Positions 1-8,679 of a stretch of DNA of 47,767 bases are shown piece after piece. The DNA comes from Nanobdellati archaeon (lineage in GTDB: Archaea; B1Sed10-29; WALL01): positions 1 to 47,767 of the forward strand of contig WALL01000019.1 in assembly GCA_015522845.1 (NCBI GenBank). The letters are read 5' to 3'. Under the pieces are notes generated by a model. It searched no databases. It saw only the letters and a list, made by a program, of their open reading frames with translations, and had not been told where the DNA came from. The position numbers and the translations under genes were made by a program. How positions within the stretch are numbered: position 1 is the first letter of the stretch; every line of letters begins with the position of its first letter.

Positions 1-2
1 AT

Positions 3-253
3 ATGGCCCATGAAAAACTCAGGATGGCACGAAGGGCGGTTTATGAGGGCAGGACCGGAGATGCTGCAGAGATGTTGTATAAGTTTGGGTTTGAAAGAGG
101 CAAGGCCCAACAGCTAGCTTGGTGGTTGGGTGGCAGGAAGCCCCGGAAGTGGAGGAGGCTATCCACGCTATAGAGCACCTGATGGAAAGCGAAGATGAAG
201 AGACAAAAGGCCTGCTAAAGCGGGCGCTTGATGTGCTGAAAAAAAGCAAATAG
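3..253 (+). CDS. Unidentified coding remnant at window edge (frame-3 ORF 3-173, possibly continuing upstream of the window, overlapping a frame-2 ORF 119-253)
   Basis: Hand translation. Frame 3: MAHEKLRMARRAVYEGRTGDAAEMLYKFGFERGKAQQLAWWLGGRKPRKWRRLSTL* (stop 171-173). Frame 2 from TTG119/GTG122: ..VVGWQEAPEVEEAIHAIEHLMESEDEETKGLLKRALDVLKKSK* (stop 251-253). Both look protein-like, but I recognise no family. The minus-strand track ORF 19-249 is a Ser-rich shadow. Confidence 0.2.
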
Positions 254-260
254 CTCCCGT

Positions 261-698
261 TTATTTCTGCGTAATCACCCTGATTGCCGATGCATCCATC
301 GTCACCGGGATCGGGACGGTCGCCTCGACAAGCTCAAGGGTTATCTTGTCCTTGGCATCATCAACCCTGACCACCTTTGCCTTCTCGCCCTTGAACGGCC
401 CGGATGTGAGCTCAACAAGGTCCCCCTTGTGGATGTCGACAGTAAGTGACTTCTCCTCAAAGAACTGCTTGACCTCGCTAAGGTCAATCCCGCCGGGAAC
501 AAGGCCTTTTAGGTGGGGGACATTGTAGATAAGCTTCCTCACCTCCGCCTCATTAGGCGCCTCAACAAGTATGTAGCCGCGAAGGTTGTCAACAACAACG
601 ATGGAATATATCTCTTGCTCTGCCTTTGTCTGCTTTGACTTCAGCAGGTCAGCAACAATGCGCTCCTGCCCAACTGTTGTTCGGATAGTAAATATCAT
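261..698 (-). CDS. spt5: Transcription elongation factor Spt5 (archaeal NusG), NGN + KOW
   Basis: 145-aa ORF. NGN-like N-terminus (MIFTIRTTVGQERIVADLL..YILVEAPN). KOW-like GDLVELTSGPFKGEKAKVVRVD. Lies directly downstream of secE as in the conserved archaeal secE-nusG pair. Its start codon shares 1 nt with the secE stop. Confidence 0.9.
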   Translation of the reverse strand: MIFTIRTTVGQERIVADLLKSKQTKAEQEIYSIVVVDNLRGYILVEAPNEAEVRKLIYNVPHLKGLVPGGIDLSEVKQFFEEKSLTVDIHKGDLVELTSGPFKGEKAKVVRVDDAKDKITLELVEATVPIPVTMDASAIRVITQK

Positions 699-859
699 TA
701 GCTCAGCCCCAGTAGCCTGGCAAAAAGGATGATAACGACACCAATAACCCCAATGACTACCATCCCTAGCCCGGTAATCTTAGATACCATAATAAACTCA
801 TCTTTGCGCGGCTTGCGCGTTAGCTTCAGGACGCGCACTGCCTCTTCAATGAAGCCCAT
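698..859 (-). CDS. secE: Preprotein translocase subunit SecE / Sec61-gamma (53 aa, below the ORF-track cutoff)
   Basis: Hand translation of the minus strand: MGFIEEAVRVLKLTRKPRKDEFIMVSKITGLGMVVIGVIGVVIILFARLLGLS*. Basic N-terminus plus a single C-terminal TM helix. Positioned between ftsZ and spt5. Confidence 0.75.
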   Translation of the reverse strand: MGFIEEAVRVLKLTRKPRKDEFIMVSKITGLGMVVIGVIGVVIILFARLLGLS

Positions 860-863
860 CAGA

Positions 864-1985
864 TCACTCTACATATTCAACTTCAAGGTCAACATCCTCA
901 GGGGCTTGGCGCGCCTCGTCAAGGTAGGGGAACTTCCCGCCAGCTATGACAACCATCGCTTGGATGCGGTTTTTCTTCATCTCATCATCAACCATTGCAC
1001 CCCAAATTATGTGGGCATTGGAATGTATCTTAGATGCAACTGCCTCAACAATCATCTCTGCCTCGCGAAGCGTCATGTCTGTGCCGCCGCTTACGTTGAC
1101 AAGTGCACGGGTTGACTCAGAAACGTCAATATCCAAGAGTGGTGAGTTAAGCGCGTCCTCAACTGCCTCAAGCGCGCGGCCCTCTGAGTCGCCTTCTATC
1201 TCCGACTCGCCAAGGCCAATCATAGCTGCACCGCCATTTGCAAGCACTGCACGGACATCTGCAAAGTCCAAGTTAACTAAGCCCGGCTTTGTTATCAGCT
1301 CGGTTATGCCCTTGACTGCATTAACAAGTATCTCATCTGCAACCTTGAAAGCCGCATTTATAGGCAGGTCAGGGACTATCTCAAGCAGCTTGTCGTTTGG
1401 TATGACTATGACCGTGTCTGCCTCCTTGCGGAGCTTCTTAAGCCCGCCAAGGGCATTTTCCATGCGCCTCCTGCCCTCAACGCTAAAGGGCAGCGTTACA
1501 ACACCAATTGTAAGCGCACCTATGTCACGTGACACTTGGGCAATGACTGGAGCAGAGCCAGTGCCAGTGCCTCCCCCAAGCCCGCAGGTAATAAAGACCA
1601 GGTCGCTGCCTTCTAAGGCCTTCTCTATCTCGCCCATGCTTTCCTTGCTTGCAGCCTCGCCCAAGTCTGGGTCACTGCCTGCGCCAAGCCCGCGTGTTAC
1701 TGAGCGGCCAAGCAGCAGCTTTTTTGGCGCGGGGGTAATGAGCAGGTGCTGTGCATCCGTATTCATTGCAATTACATCGGCGCCCTGAACGCCAACCTCA
1801 TTAAGCCGGCGCATTGTATTGTTCCCTGAGCCGCCAGTCCCAACAACGCGGATGCGTGCCTGTGAAGTTGAGAGTATGTCCTCAAGCTCCTTGTCAGAGA
1901 AGGAGGTCTTCTTCTTTCCCCTTGCTTTCTTTGCTTTTGCCTTAGATTTAGCTGCTTTTGCAGCCTTCTTAACTAGTTTTTTCAA
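864..1985 (-). CDS. ftsZ: Cell division GTPase FtsZ with Lys/Ala-rich N-terminal tail
   Basis: 373-aa ORF with the tubulin signature GGGTGTGSAP, plus NTDAQHL and TLPFSVEGRRR. TTG start (reverse complement of 1983-1985); there is no in-frame ATG before the GTPase core. Confidence 0.95.
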   Translation of the reverse strand: MKKLVKKAAKAAKSKAKAKKARGKKKTSFSDKELEDILSTSQARIRVVGTGGSGNNTMRRLNEVGVQGADVIAMNTDAQHLLITPAPKKLLLGRSVTRGLGAGSDPDLGEAASKESMGEIEKALEGSDLVFITCGLGGGTGTGSAPVIAQVSRDIGALTIGVVTLPFSVEGRRRMENALGGLKKLRKEADTVIVIPNDKLLEIVPDLPINAAFKVADEILVNAVKGITELITKPGLVNLDFADVRAVLANGGAAMIGLGESEIEGDSEGRALEAVEDALNSPLLDIDVSESTRALVNVSGGTDMTLREAEMIVEAVASKIHSNAHIIWGAMVDDEMKKNRIQAMVVIAGGKFPYLDEARQAPEDVDLEVEYVE

Positions 1986-2071
1986 GATGAATCACCCTGC
2001 CTGCGCTTGTCATTATAAATAGCTGGCTCTTTTGGGATGTTTGGTGTTTAAATAGGTTTTGCCGTGAAAGC

Positions 2072-2079
2072 TTTAAAAG
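2072..2079 (+). promoter_or_regulatory. TATA-like box TTTAAAAG for the isomerase/AMP phosphorylase unit
   Basis: Box centre is about 26-27 nt upstream of ATG 2102. Other first-in-operon genes in this window show the same spacing, consistent with a leaderless transcript. Confidence 0.45.
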
Positions 2080-2101
2080 CCACAACTGGTTTTTATATGA
2101 T

Positions 2102-3007
2102 ATGAGGTCAAAGGCAGCAGCTGCAAGGATAAGGCGGCTAGATGTGCAAGGTGCAATAAGCGTTGCAAAGGCTGGGCTCCAGGCACTGGCCTATGATGCA
2201 AAGCACTCAAAGGCAAAGACGCTGGCTGCATTCAACAAGGAGCTTAAGCGCAACTCCCGGCTGCTGGCAGCTGCTAGGCCAACAGAGCCAGCACTGCGCA
2301 ATGGGCTGGCTGCTGTCCAAAGGGCGGTGGCATCAGAGAAAAGCATGCCAAACGCACGGCTGGTAGCCAGCAATGCAGCGGGATCCTACCTGCAAAAGCT
2401 GGAGGAGGCAAAGGAAAAGATAGTCCGTGTAGGTGTCAGGCGGATAATGCCGGGCATGACTGTATTTACCCACTGCCACTCATCAACGGTAACGGCCATA
2501 CTCATTGCTGCAAAGGAAAAGGGCATAAGGTTTAAGGTGATAAACACCGAAACGCGGCCGCACTACCAGGGGAGGATTACCGCAAGAGAGCTTGCAAAGG
2601 CAGGGATAAGCGTTACCCACATTGTTGATTCTGCTGCAAGGAGGTTTATGAACAGTGCGGACCTTGTGCTTGTTGGTGCAGATGCAATCACAGCAGAAGG
2701 CAACCTGATAAACAAGATAGGAACGGGGCAGATTGCGCTTGCAGCACACGAGGCAAAGACGGACTTTGCATGTGCATGTGAGACATTCAAATTTGACCCG
2801 GTTACCTTCTCAGGGGCATACGAGCCCATAGAAAAGCGGGATAAGGGTGAGATCTGGAAGCATCCCCCACGTGGGGTTAGGATAAAAAACCCTGCATTTG
2901 ACATTACACCGCCAGAATATATAGACTACATAATAACCGAAGAGGGCGTTATAACCCCTTATGAGGCTGCCCACATACTGCACGAGCGTGCAGCAGGCAA
3001 TATTTAA
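2102..3007 (+). CDS. eIF-2B alpha/beta/delta-family protein, probable ribose-1,5-bisphosphate isomerase
   Basis: 301-aa ORF with eIF-2B/MtnA-family features (VFTHCHSSTV, VLVGADAITAEGNLINKIGT, NPAFDITPPEYI). The specific call rests on adjacency to AMP phosphorylase, the archaeal AMP pathway pairing. Confidence 0.7.
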   Translation: MRSKAAAARIRRLDVQGAISVAKAGLQALAYDAKHSKAKTLAAFNKELKRNSRLLAAARPTEPALRNGLAAVQRAVASEKSMPNARLVASNAAGSYLQKLEEAKEKIVRVGVRRIMPGMTVFTHCHSSTVTAILIAAKEKGIRFKVINTETRPHYQGRITARELAKAGISVTHIVDSAARRFMNSADLVLVGADAITAEGNLINKIGTGQIALAAHEAKTDFACACETFKFDPVTFSGAYEPIEKRDKGEIWKHPPRGVRIKNPAFDITPPEYIDYIITEEGVITPYEAAHILHERAAGNI

Positions 3008-3033
3008 TAAGCTCTACTCCATAGTGGTCTGCT

Positions 3034-4554
3034 ATGAAACGTCCATTTGAGGCAAAGTGCATTGACTTGTCTACCGCGGGGATCCGCGTAGTCATCATTA
3101 ACCGCGAGGATGCCCACGACCTTGACTTAAAGGCCATGGACCGCGTCGCGCTTACGCTTGATGGGGGAAAGCCTTTAAGCTGCATTGTTGACCTCACAGA
3201 CACGTTTGTATCGCCGGGCACGCTTGGCTTGTTTAGGGAGATATATGACCCCCTCAACATACGGACGGGCGACCGCGTTTATATCGAGCCCATGGGAAAG
3301 CCAGATAGCGTAATGTATATAAAAAAGAAGATGGATGGCGGGAGGCATACCCCCGAAGAGATTGATGCAATAATTGGGGACCTGATGAAAGAGGAGCTTA
3401 GCGATGTTGAGCTAACTGCATGGATATCGTCGGTTTACATACGTGGCTTGGACAAGGATGAGACCATTGCGCTGACAAAATCAATTGTGGGGTCAGGGAC
3501 AACACTGGCATTGCACGAGAAGAGGATTTTTGACAAGCACTGCATAGGGGGAGTTGCAGGGAATAGGACGACCATGCTTGTCGTGCCAATAATTGCAGCC
3601 ACAGGAATGACAATGCCAAAGACAAGCAGCAGGGCGATAACATCCCCTGCGGGGACTGCTGATACCATGGAGGTCCTTGCGCCAGTCACACTTAACAAGG
3701 ACGACATAGAGGCTGTTGTAAACCGCGTTGGCGCCTGCATTGTTTGGGGTGGCGCAGTCAACCTTGCCGCTGCAGATGACAAGCTGATAAGGCTAAGGCA
3801 TCCGCTTTCGCTTGACCCGCGGGGAATGCTGCTTGCATCAATAATGGCAAAGAAAAAGGCTGTTGGGGCAACTGATGTCATAATTGACATCCCGGTGGGC
3901 AAGGGGGCAAAGATTAAGACAACAAACGACGCAACAATGCTGGCGAAGCAGTTCAACGCCCTTGGCGCATCGCTTGGGATGAACATACACTCGCTGCTTA
4001 CAAATGGTGAGCACCCAATTGGGCTAGCTGTCGGGCCAACAATGGAGGCAAGGGAGACCCTTAGGATACTGAGTAATGAGAATGTCTCGCCGGAGCTAAT
4101 TGAAAAGAGTGCACAGCTTGCAGGTGTTCTTCTGGAGATTGGCGGCAAGGCGCCAGTTGGGAAGGGGCGCGATGCTGCAATGAGGATATTGCACAGCGGA
4201 AAGGCAAACGAGAAGTTCCGCCAGATAGTGGAGCACCAGGGCGGCGATAGCGAGATTAGGGCAGATGACGTCCCAATTGGGGAGCACCAGCATACGGTAA
4301 CCGCAGACGCAAGCGGCAGGATCGAGTATATAGACAACCGTGGGATATCTGCTGTTGTAAGGAACGCTGGCGCCCCTGCAGACAAGGTGGCAGGGATGTA
4401 CCTCCATGCTGAAGAGGGCGACCGTATCAGGAAAGGCCAGCCACTCTTTACCATATATGCTAAAAGTGAGAGGAAAATTGACCAGGCGCTTGAGGCATAT
4501 GAGAAGAGGCGGCCAATTAGAATGGCTAAGATAATACTTAAGACCCTTAGCTAA
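3034..4554 (+). CDS. deoA: AMP phosphorylase (thymidine-phosphorylase family, archaeal long form)
   Basis: 506-aa ORF. It has an extra N-terminal domain plus a glycosyltransferase-family-3 core (DKHCIGGVAGNRTT, TSSRAITSPAGTADT, PVGKGAK). Size and architecture are typical of archaeal AMP phosphorylase. Confidence 0.85.
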   Translation: MKRPFEAKCIDLSTAGIRVVIINREDAHDLDLKAMDRVALTLDGGKPLSCIVDLTDTFVSPGTLGLFREIYDPLNIRTGDRVYIEPMGKPDSVMYIKKKMDGGRHTPEEIDAIIGDLMKEELSDVELTAWISSVYIRGLDKDETIALTKSIVGSGTTLALHEKRIFDKHCIGGVAGNRTTMLVVPIIAATGMTMPKTSSRAITSPAGTADTMEVLAPVTLNKDDIEAVVNRVGACIVWGGAVNLAAADDKLIRLRHPLSLDPRGMLLASIMAKKKAVGATDVIIDIPVGKGAKIKTTNDATMLAKQFNALGASLGMNIHSLLTNGEHPIGLAVGPTMEARETLRILSNENVSPELIEKSAQLAGVLLEIGGKAPVGKGRDAAMRILHSGKANEKFRQIVEHQGGDSEIRADDVPIGEHQHTVTADASGRIEYIDNRGISAVVRNAGAPADKVAGMYLHAEEGDRIRKGQPLFTIYAKSERKIDQALEAYEKRRPIRMAKIILKTLS

Positions 4555-5816
4555 AATTTGCTTGCTGCGCGTGCCTTCTTGATTATGCTCCTTTCGTTGA
4601 GCGCAAGCACCCGCCCATCGCGCATAACTGCCTCGCCGTTTATGATTGAGTTAGTTACCGGCAGCGCAGCAAGCAGGGCTTCCCTGAGGAGCGTGGCATT
4701 GTCCTCCGGGATTGCACTGCCCTTAAGGGAAACAACGATTATGTCAGCCATAGAGCCCGGCTGCAGCGCACCTGTCAAATAGCCATAAAGGCGGGAGTTT
4801 AGTGCCATAGCCAGAAGCTGCTTTGGCAAAAGCTGCTTGCCGCGTGCCTGCTGCACAACCATTGCATTGTTCAGCTCGTGGCGTATGTCGTTGCTTATGT
4901 TTGCAATTGGGTGGTCTATCCCAACTGCAACAGAAACCCCCGCCTCAAGCATCTCTGGGACATGTGCTATCCCTGAGCCAAGGTTTAAGTTGGATGTTGG
5001 GCAGTGGACAACTGTCGCCCTGCTCTTTGCAAGTAGGGGTATGTCCTTTTGTGATATGTTAACCACGTGGACTGCAAGTGAGTTCTCCTTTAAGACACCT
5101 AAGTCATACATGTAGCGCACGCTTGTCTTCCCCGTCTTCTGCATGATAAAGCCAGTCTCCTTCTTTGACTCGGCAAGGTGCATGTGGATTCCTGCCCCAT
5201 CGCGCTCGGCAAGCTCCCTCACTGTTTTTATGAGGCCTTCCGTTGCCTCAAACTCGTTTGCAATCCCATACATCCCCTTCAGCCGGGGGTGCTCCGCAAG
5301 GCGCTTGACAAGCCACTCATTTTCAGGCAGGTGGCTGCAGCTATAAGCCTCGCCAGTCTCAACATCCCTATCCTTTAGGGTTATTGCCATTGTGCCGCGC
5401 AAGCCTAGCTTGTTAAATGCCTTAAGCACGGGCTTTGCCCAGCCACTATCGACGTTGTTCACTGAAGTGGAGCCGGTGTGGATCATTTCCAACCCTGAGA
5501 CCATTGCCCCAAGATATGCCCTTTGGTCAGTCATTTCCTTATAAAGCGGGAATAGCTTTTTCTCAAACATGTCAAAAAGTGGCAGGCCAACGCCAAATCC
5601 ACGTGCAAGCCCAAGTGCGGCATGCATGTGCGCATTTATGAACCCGGGCATCACAAGCGAGCCAGATGCATCAATGCGGTCATACCCCTTGTGTGCCCTG
5701 CGCATCTTGTCCTTGGGGCCAATGGCGCTTATTACAGGGCCATCTACCACTACTGTCTGCCTCTTAAAGCCAAAATTCTGCTGCAGGACCATGCCATTTT
5801 CAATAAGAAGAGCCAC
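4551..5816 (-). CDS. Amidohydrolase-superfamily deaminase (MTA/SAH- or nucleobase-deaminase-like)
   Basis: 421-aa ORF. HxH metal motif ([10 protein letters not shown]), [22 protein letters not shown] start. Its stop overlaps the deoA stop (CTAA at 4551-4554). Confidence 0.7.
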   Translation of the reverse strand: MALLIENGMVLQQNFGFKRQTVVVDGPVISAIGPKDKMRRAHKGYDRIDASGSLVMPGFINAHMHAALGLARGFGVGLPLFDMFEKKLFPLYKEMTDQRAYLGAMVSGLEMIHTGSTSVNNVDSGWAKPVLKAFNKLGLRGTMAITLKDRDVETGEAYSCSHLPENEWLVKRLAEHPRLKGMYGIANEFEATEGLIKTVRELAERDGAGIHMHLAESKKETGFIMQKTGKTSVRYMYDLGVLKENSLAVHVVNISQKDIPLLAKSRATVVHCPTSNLNLGSGIAHVPEMLEAGVSVAVGIDHPIANISNDIRHELNNAMVVQQARGKQLLPKQLLAMALNSRLYGYLTGALQPGSMADIIVVSLKGSAIPEDNATLLREALLAALPVTNSIINGEAVMRDGRVLALNERSIIKKARAASKF

Positions 5817-5883
5817 ACTAACACCGCAATTGACGGGGTTAAGTTTATATTATCTCCTTCTTAAAGGTAACTCTCTAATTGCT

Positions 5884-5891
5884 GGTGGTGA
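5884..5891 (+). promoter_or_regulatory. Shine-Dalgarno-like GGTGGTGA upstream of porG
   Basis: Matches the GGAGGTGA-type archaeal SD, 4 nt before ATG 5896. A TTTATATTA box (5844-5852) lies further upstream in the divergent spacer. Confidence 0.5.
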
Positions 5892-5895
5892 AATA

Positions 5896-6423
5896 ATGTT
5901 AGAGGTCCGCTTTCATGGCCGTGGCGGCCAAGGTGCAGTAACAGCAGCCGAGGTGCTGGCTGTTGCAGCGTTTGGCGATGGAAAATACTCCCAGGCATTT
6001 GGCAAGTTTGGCCCAGAGAGGCGGGGGGCGCCTGTGCAGTCCTTTACACGGGTGGATGAAAGCCCCATACGCATACGCCAAGAGGTATATGAGCCGGACA
6101 TCGTAGTTGTGCTGGACCCCGGCCTGATGAAAGTTGTTAATGTAAGGCAGGGCATTAAGGAGGGAGGAATACTAATAATCAATACCAAGGACAAGGTTCC
6201 TGGTGCATGGTGTGTTGATGCAACAAGGATTGCACTTGACACAATTGGCAAGCCGATTGTTAACACTGCAATGCTTGGGGCGTTTAGCAAGGCAAGCGGC
6301 GGTGCAGTGTCGCTTGAATCAATCATAAAGGCAATCAAGGAGAGGTTCCCCGGCGAGCTTGGGGAAAAGAACGCAGAGGCAATAAGGAAGGCAAGCGAAA
6401 GCTGCAGCCTTATCGGGGTGTGA
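5896..6423 (+). CDS. porG: Pyruvate (2-oxoacid):ferredoxin oxidoreductase, gamma subunit
   Basis: The in-frame ATG at 5896 gives [22 protein letters not shown].., a typical gamma N-terminus. The upstream part of track ORF 5569-6423 is antisense shadow of the amidohydrolase. First gene of the gamma-delta-alpha-beta order. Confidence 0.85.
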   Translation: MLEVRFHGRGGQGAVTAAEVLAVAAFGDGKYSQAFGKFGPERRGAPVQSFTRVDESPIRIRQEVYEPDIVVVLDPGLMKVVNVRQGIKEGGILIINTKDKVPGAWCVDATRIALDTIGKPIVNTAMLGAFSKASGGAVSLESIIKAIKERFPGELGEKNAEAIRKASESCSLIGV

Positions 6424-6425
6424 AA

Positions 6426-6677
6426 ATGGTTGGTGGCATCATAAAGGACGTTGGCAACATTAGCTCAAACAAGACTGGGAGCTGGAGGACATTCAGGCCG
6501 GTTGTAGACAAGAATAAGTGCATTGGCTGTGGGACGTGCAAGATGTTCTGCCCTGATGTGGCAATTGAAATAGTCGATGGGAAGGCGATAATAGACTACG
6601 ACCACTGCAAAGGCTGCCTTATTTGCAAGTCAGTATGCCCAGTTGGTGCAATAAGCTCTGAAGAGGAGGCGAAATAA
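6426..6677 (+). CDS. porD: Pyruvate:ferredoxin oxidoreductase, delta subunit (2x[4Fe-4S] ferredoxin)
   Basis: Two CxxCxxCxxxCP motifs ([24 protein letters not shown]). ATG 6426 (alternative GTG 6420 overlaps the porG stop). Confidence 0.85.
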   Translation: MVGGIIKDVGNISSNKTGSWRTFRPVVDKNKCIGCGTCKMFCPDVAIEIVDGKAIIDYDHCKGCLICKSVCPVGAISSEEEAK

Positions 6678-7795
6678 TGGTTAAGAAGATTGAGGAAGGA
6701 AGCCACGCGGTAGCTGATGTTGTGCGGCTGCTTAACCCCGGTGTCCTTGCAATGTACCCCATAACACCAAGCACGCACATACCCGAGAGGCTTTCTGAGT
6801 TCGAGGCCAATGGGGAACTTGGCGGAAAGATAATCCGTGTTGAGTCTGAGTTCTCTGCAATATCCGCTGTAGTTGGTGCAAGCGCAAGGGGGATACGGGC
6901 ATATACTGCAACATCCTCTCAAGGGCTTGCCCTAATGCATGAGGTGCTTTTTGCTGCATCTGGCATGCGGCTGCCCATTGTTATAACAGTTGCAAACCGC
7001 GCACTGTCCGCACCGCTGAACATATTCAACGACTGGCAGGACTCAATAAGCGAAAGGGATTCGGGATGGCTCCAGTTTTATGGGGAGGACTCCCAGGAAG
7101 TTGTCGACCTAATGATACAGGCTTATAAGATAGCGGAAGACAAGCGTGTCCTTTTGCCAACAATGGTATGCATGGATGGATTTTTCCTTACACACACTTA
7201 TGATGTTATTGATGTCCCTGAAGACCTTAAGGGGTTTGTGCCGGACTATAAGCCAGAACATGCATTCTTGGACCCCAAGAAGCCAATGACGCAGGGGGCA
7301 TGGGCAATGCAGGAGCCTTATTTCAAGCTGAGAAAAGAGCTTGAAGAGGCACAGCGCAGCATATTCCCAGTCATTAAGGAGGTCCATGACGACTTTGCAA
7401 AGGTGTTTGGGCGCAGCTATGGCGACGGCCTGATTGAGGTGTATGGCGAGGGGGATAATGCTGTTGTTACTATGGGCAGCTTTTCAACCAACCTCAAGGT
7501 GCTTGCCGACAAGCTTGGCTTCCAGGTCATACGCATAAGGTGCTATCGGCCGTTCCCAGACAAGGAGCTGGCGGCAGCACTAAAAGGCAAGGAATCTGTT
7601 GCAGTATTTGAGAAGGATGTCTCATATGGGACTGGGCATGGCGCCGTCTACAATGATGTAAGGACAGTCTACAACGGAAAGATGGTGAACTTCATAGTTG
7701 GGCTTGGCGGGCTAGATGTGCCTGTAAGCGCGCTTGAAAAGATGTACAAGCAGGTTCCTGAAATGAAAGACGCCGAGACGAGGTGGCAGATATGA
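6677..7795 (+). CDS. porA: Pyruvate:ferredoxin oxidoreductase, alpha subunit
   Basis: 372-aa ORF. Typical N-terminus (EGSHAVADVVRL..YPITPST). TAATG overlap with porD. SD GAGGAGG upstream. Confidence 0.9.
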   Translation: MVKKIEEGSHAVADVVRLLNPGVLAMYPITPSTHIPERLSEFEANGELGGKIIRVESEFSAISAVVGASARGIRAYTATSSQGLALMHEVLFAASGMRLPIVITVANRALSAPLNIFNDWQDSISERDSGWLQFYGEDSQEVVDLMIQAYKIAEDKRVLLPTMVCMDGFFLTHTYDVIDVPEDLKGFVPDYKPEHAFLDPKKPMTQGAWAMQEPYFKLRKELEEAQRSIFPVIKEVHDDFAKVFGRSYGDGLIEVYGEGDNAVVTMGSFSTNLKVLADKLGFQVIRIRCYRPFPDKELAAALKGKESVAVFEKDVSYGTGHGAVYNDVRTVYNGKMVNFIVGLGGLDVPVSALEKMYKQVPEMKDAETRWQI

Positions 7796-8679
7796 GCAGT
7801 GAAGTAATATCATCAGGGCATTCCGCTTGCGCGGGATGCGGTGAGATAATGGGGGAGAGGATGGTGCTTGAGGCAATTGGCAAAGATGTAATCGTCTGCC
7901 AGGCTACTGGCTGCATGGAAGTTACAACAACCCCTTACCCAAAAACTACCTTTAAGGTGCCATGGGTCCATGTCACATTTGAAAATGCTGCCTCAGTTGC
8001 ATCCGGTGTTGTTGAGGCAGACCGCAAGCTTGGTGGTGATGCAACGGTCCTCGCAATTGGCGGCGATGGCGGCATGATGGACATTGGCTTCCGGGCGCTT
8101 AGCGGCGCACTGGAGAGGGGGCACGACATACTTGTGGTTATCACTGACAATGAGGCATATATGAACACGGGCATCCAGCGGTCAAGCGGGACACCAAAGT
8201 ATGCCTCAACTACAACAACGCCTGCTGGTAAGGTAATCCCGGGAAAATTGCAGTGGAAGAAAAACATAGCGAGGATTGCAGTTGCACATGGGGCGCCATA
8301 TGTCGCCACAGCAAGTGTTGGGTTCCCACAAGACTTGGCTGCAAAGGTCAAGAAAGCTAAGTCAATAAGGGGGCCAAAGCTAATCCACTTGTTTACCCCA
8401 TGCCCTGTTGGCTGGGGCTTTGACTCGAGCAAGACAGTCTACTATGCAAAGAAGGCTGTTGAGACAGGGCTGTGGCCCCTGTACGAGGTAGAGCATGGCA
8501 AGCTAAAAATAGACCAAAAGCCAAGCTTTGCGCCAGTAGAGGAGTACTTTAAGGGGCAAAAGAGGTATAAGCACCTGACGCCAGAGCTCATTGCCGAAAT
8601 TGAGAAGCATGTAAAAGACAGGTGGGCTGAGCTTGAGAAGCAAGAGGCAGCAGGGATTAACTTGCAGCTTCTCCCTTAA
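7792..8679 (+). CDS. porB: Pyruvate:ferredoxin oxidoreductase, beta subunit (TPP-binding)
   Basis: CAGCG Cys cluster and TPP motif GGDGGMMDIG..NEAYMNTG. ATG 7792 overlaps the porA stop (ATGA) with GAGGTGG 5 nt upstream. The track start GTG 7783 is an alternative. Confidence 0.9.
   Translation: MSSEVISSGHSACAGCGEIMGERMVLEAIGKDVIVCQATGCMEVTTTPYPKTTFKVPWVHVTFENAASVASGVVEADRKLGGDATVLAIGGDGGMMDIGFRALSGALERGHDILVVITDNEAYMNTGIQRSSGTPKYASTTTTPAGKVIPGKLQWKKNIARIAVAHGAPYVATASVGFPQDLAAKVKKAKSIRGPKLIHLFTPCPVGWGFDSSKTVYYAKKAVETGLWPLYEVEHGKLKIDQKPSFAPVEEYFKGQKRYKHLTPELIAEIEKHVKDRWAELEKQEAAGINLQLLP

Noticed and set aside
19-249. Minus-strand ORF 19-249, considered as the ribosomal protein L11 gene expected downstream of nusG/spt5.
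   Set aside because: The translation (MLFFSTSSARFSRPFVSSSS..) is Ser-rich shadow with no L11 features. The plus strand reads as more protein-like. The secE-spt5 pair is therefore not followed by the L11 cluster here.
946-1788. Long antisense ORFs opposite strongly supported genes. Examples: 946-1788(+) opposite ftsZ, 3435-4454(-) opposite deoA, 8736-9485(+) and 9678-10190(+) opposite the coiled-coil gene, 31505-31879(+), 40079-41242(+), 46834-47451(-).
   Set aside because: Their translations are low-complexity Ser/Ala/Pro/Arg-rich with no recognisable motifs. Each lies fully inside a gene whose product has clear family signatures. They are typical shadow ORFs of moderately GC-rich coding DNA.
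5569-5895. N-terminal extensions of track ORFs: 5569-6423 (porG), 10616-12256 (secreted protein), 14632-15228 (Mtq2-like), 15893-16540 (TsaC), 26778-27860 (DHH), 32786-33169 (Pop5), 34820-35752 (Dph2), 36661-37167 (NifX-like).
   Set aside because: In each case an internal ATG sits exactly at or next to the upstream gene's stop or after a TATA/SD, and it yields the family-typical N-terminus or a signal peptide. The extension would overlap the neighbouring gene and reads as nonsense.
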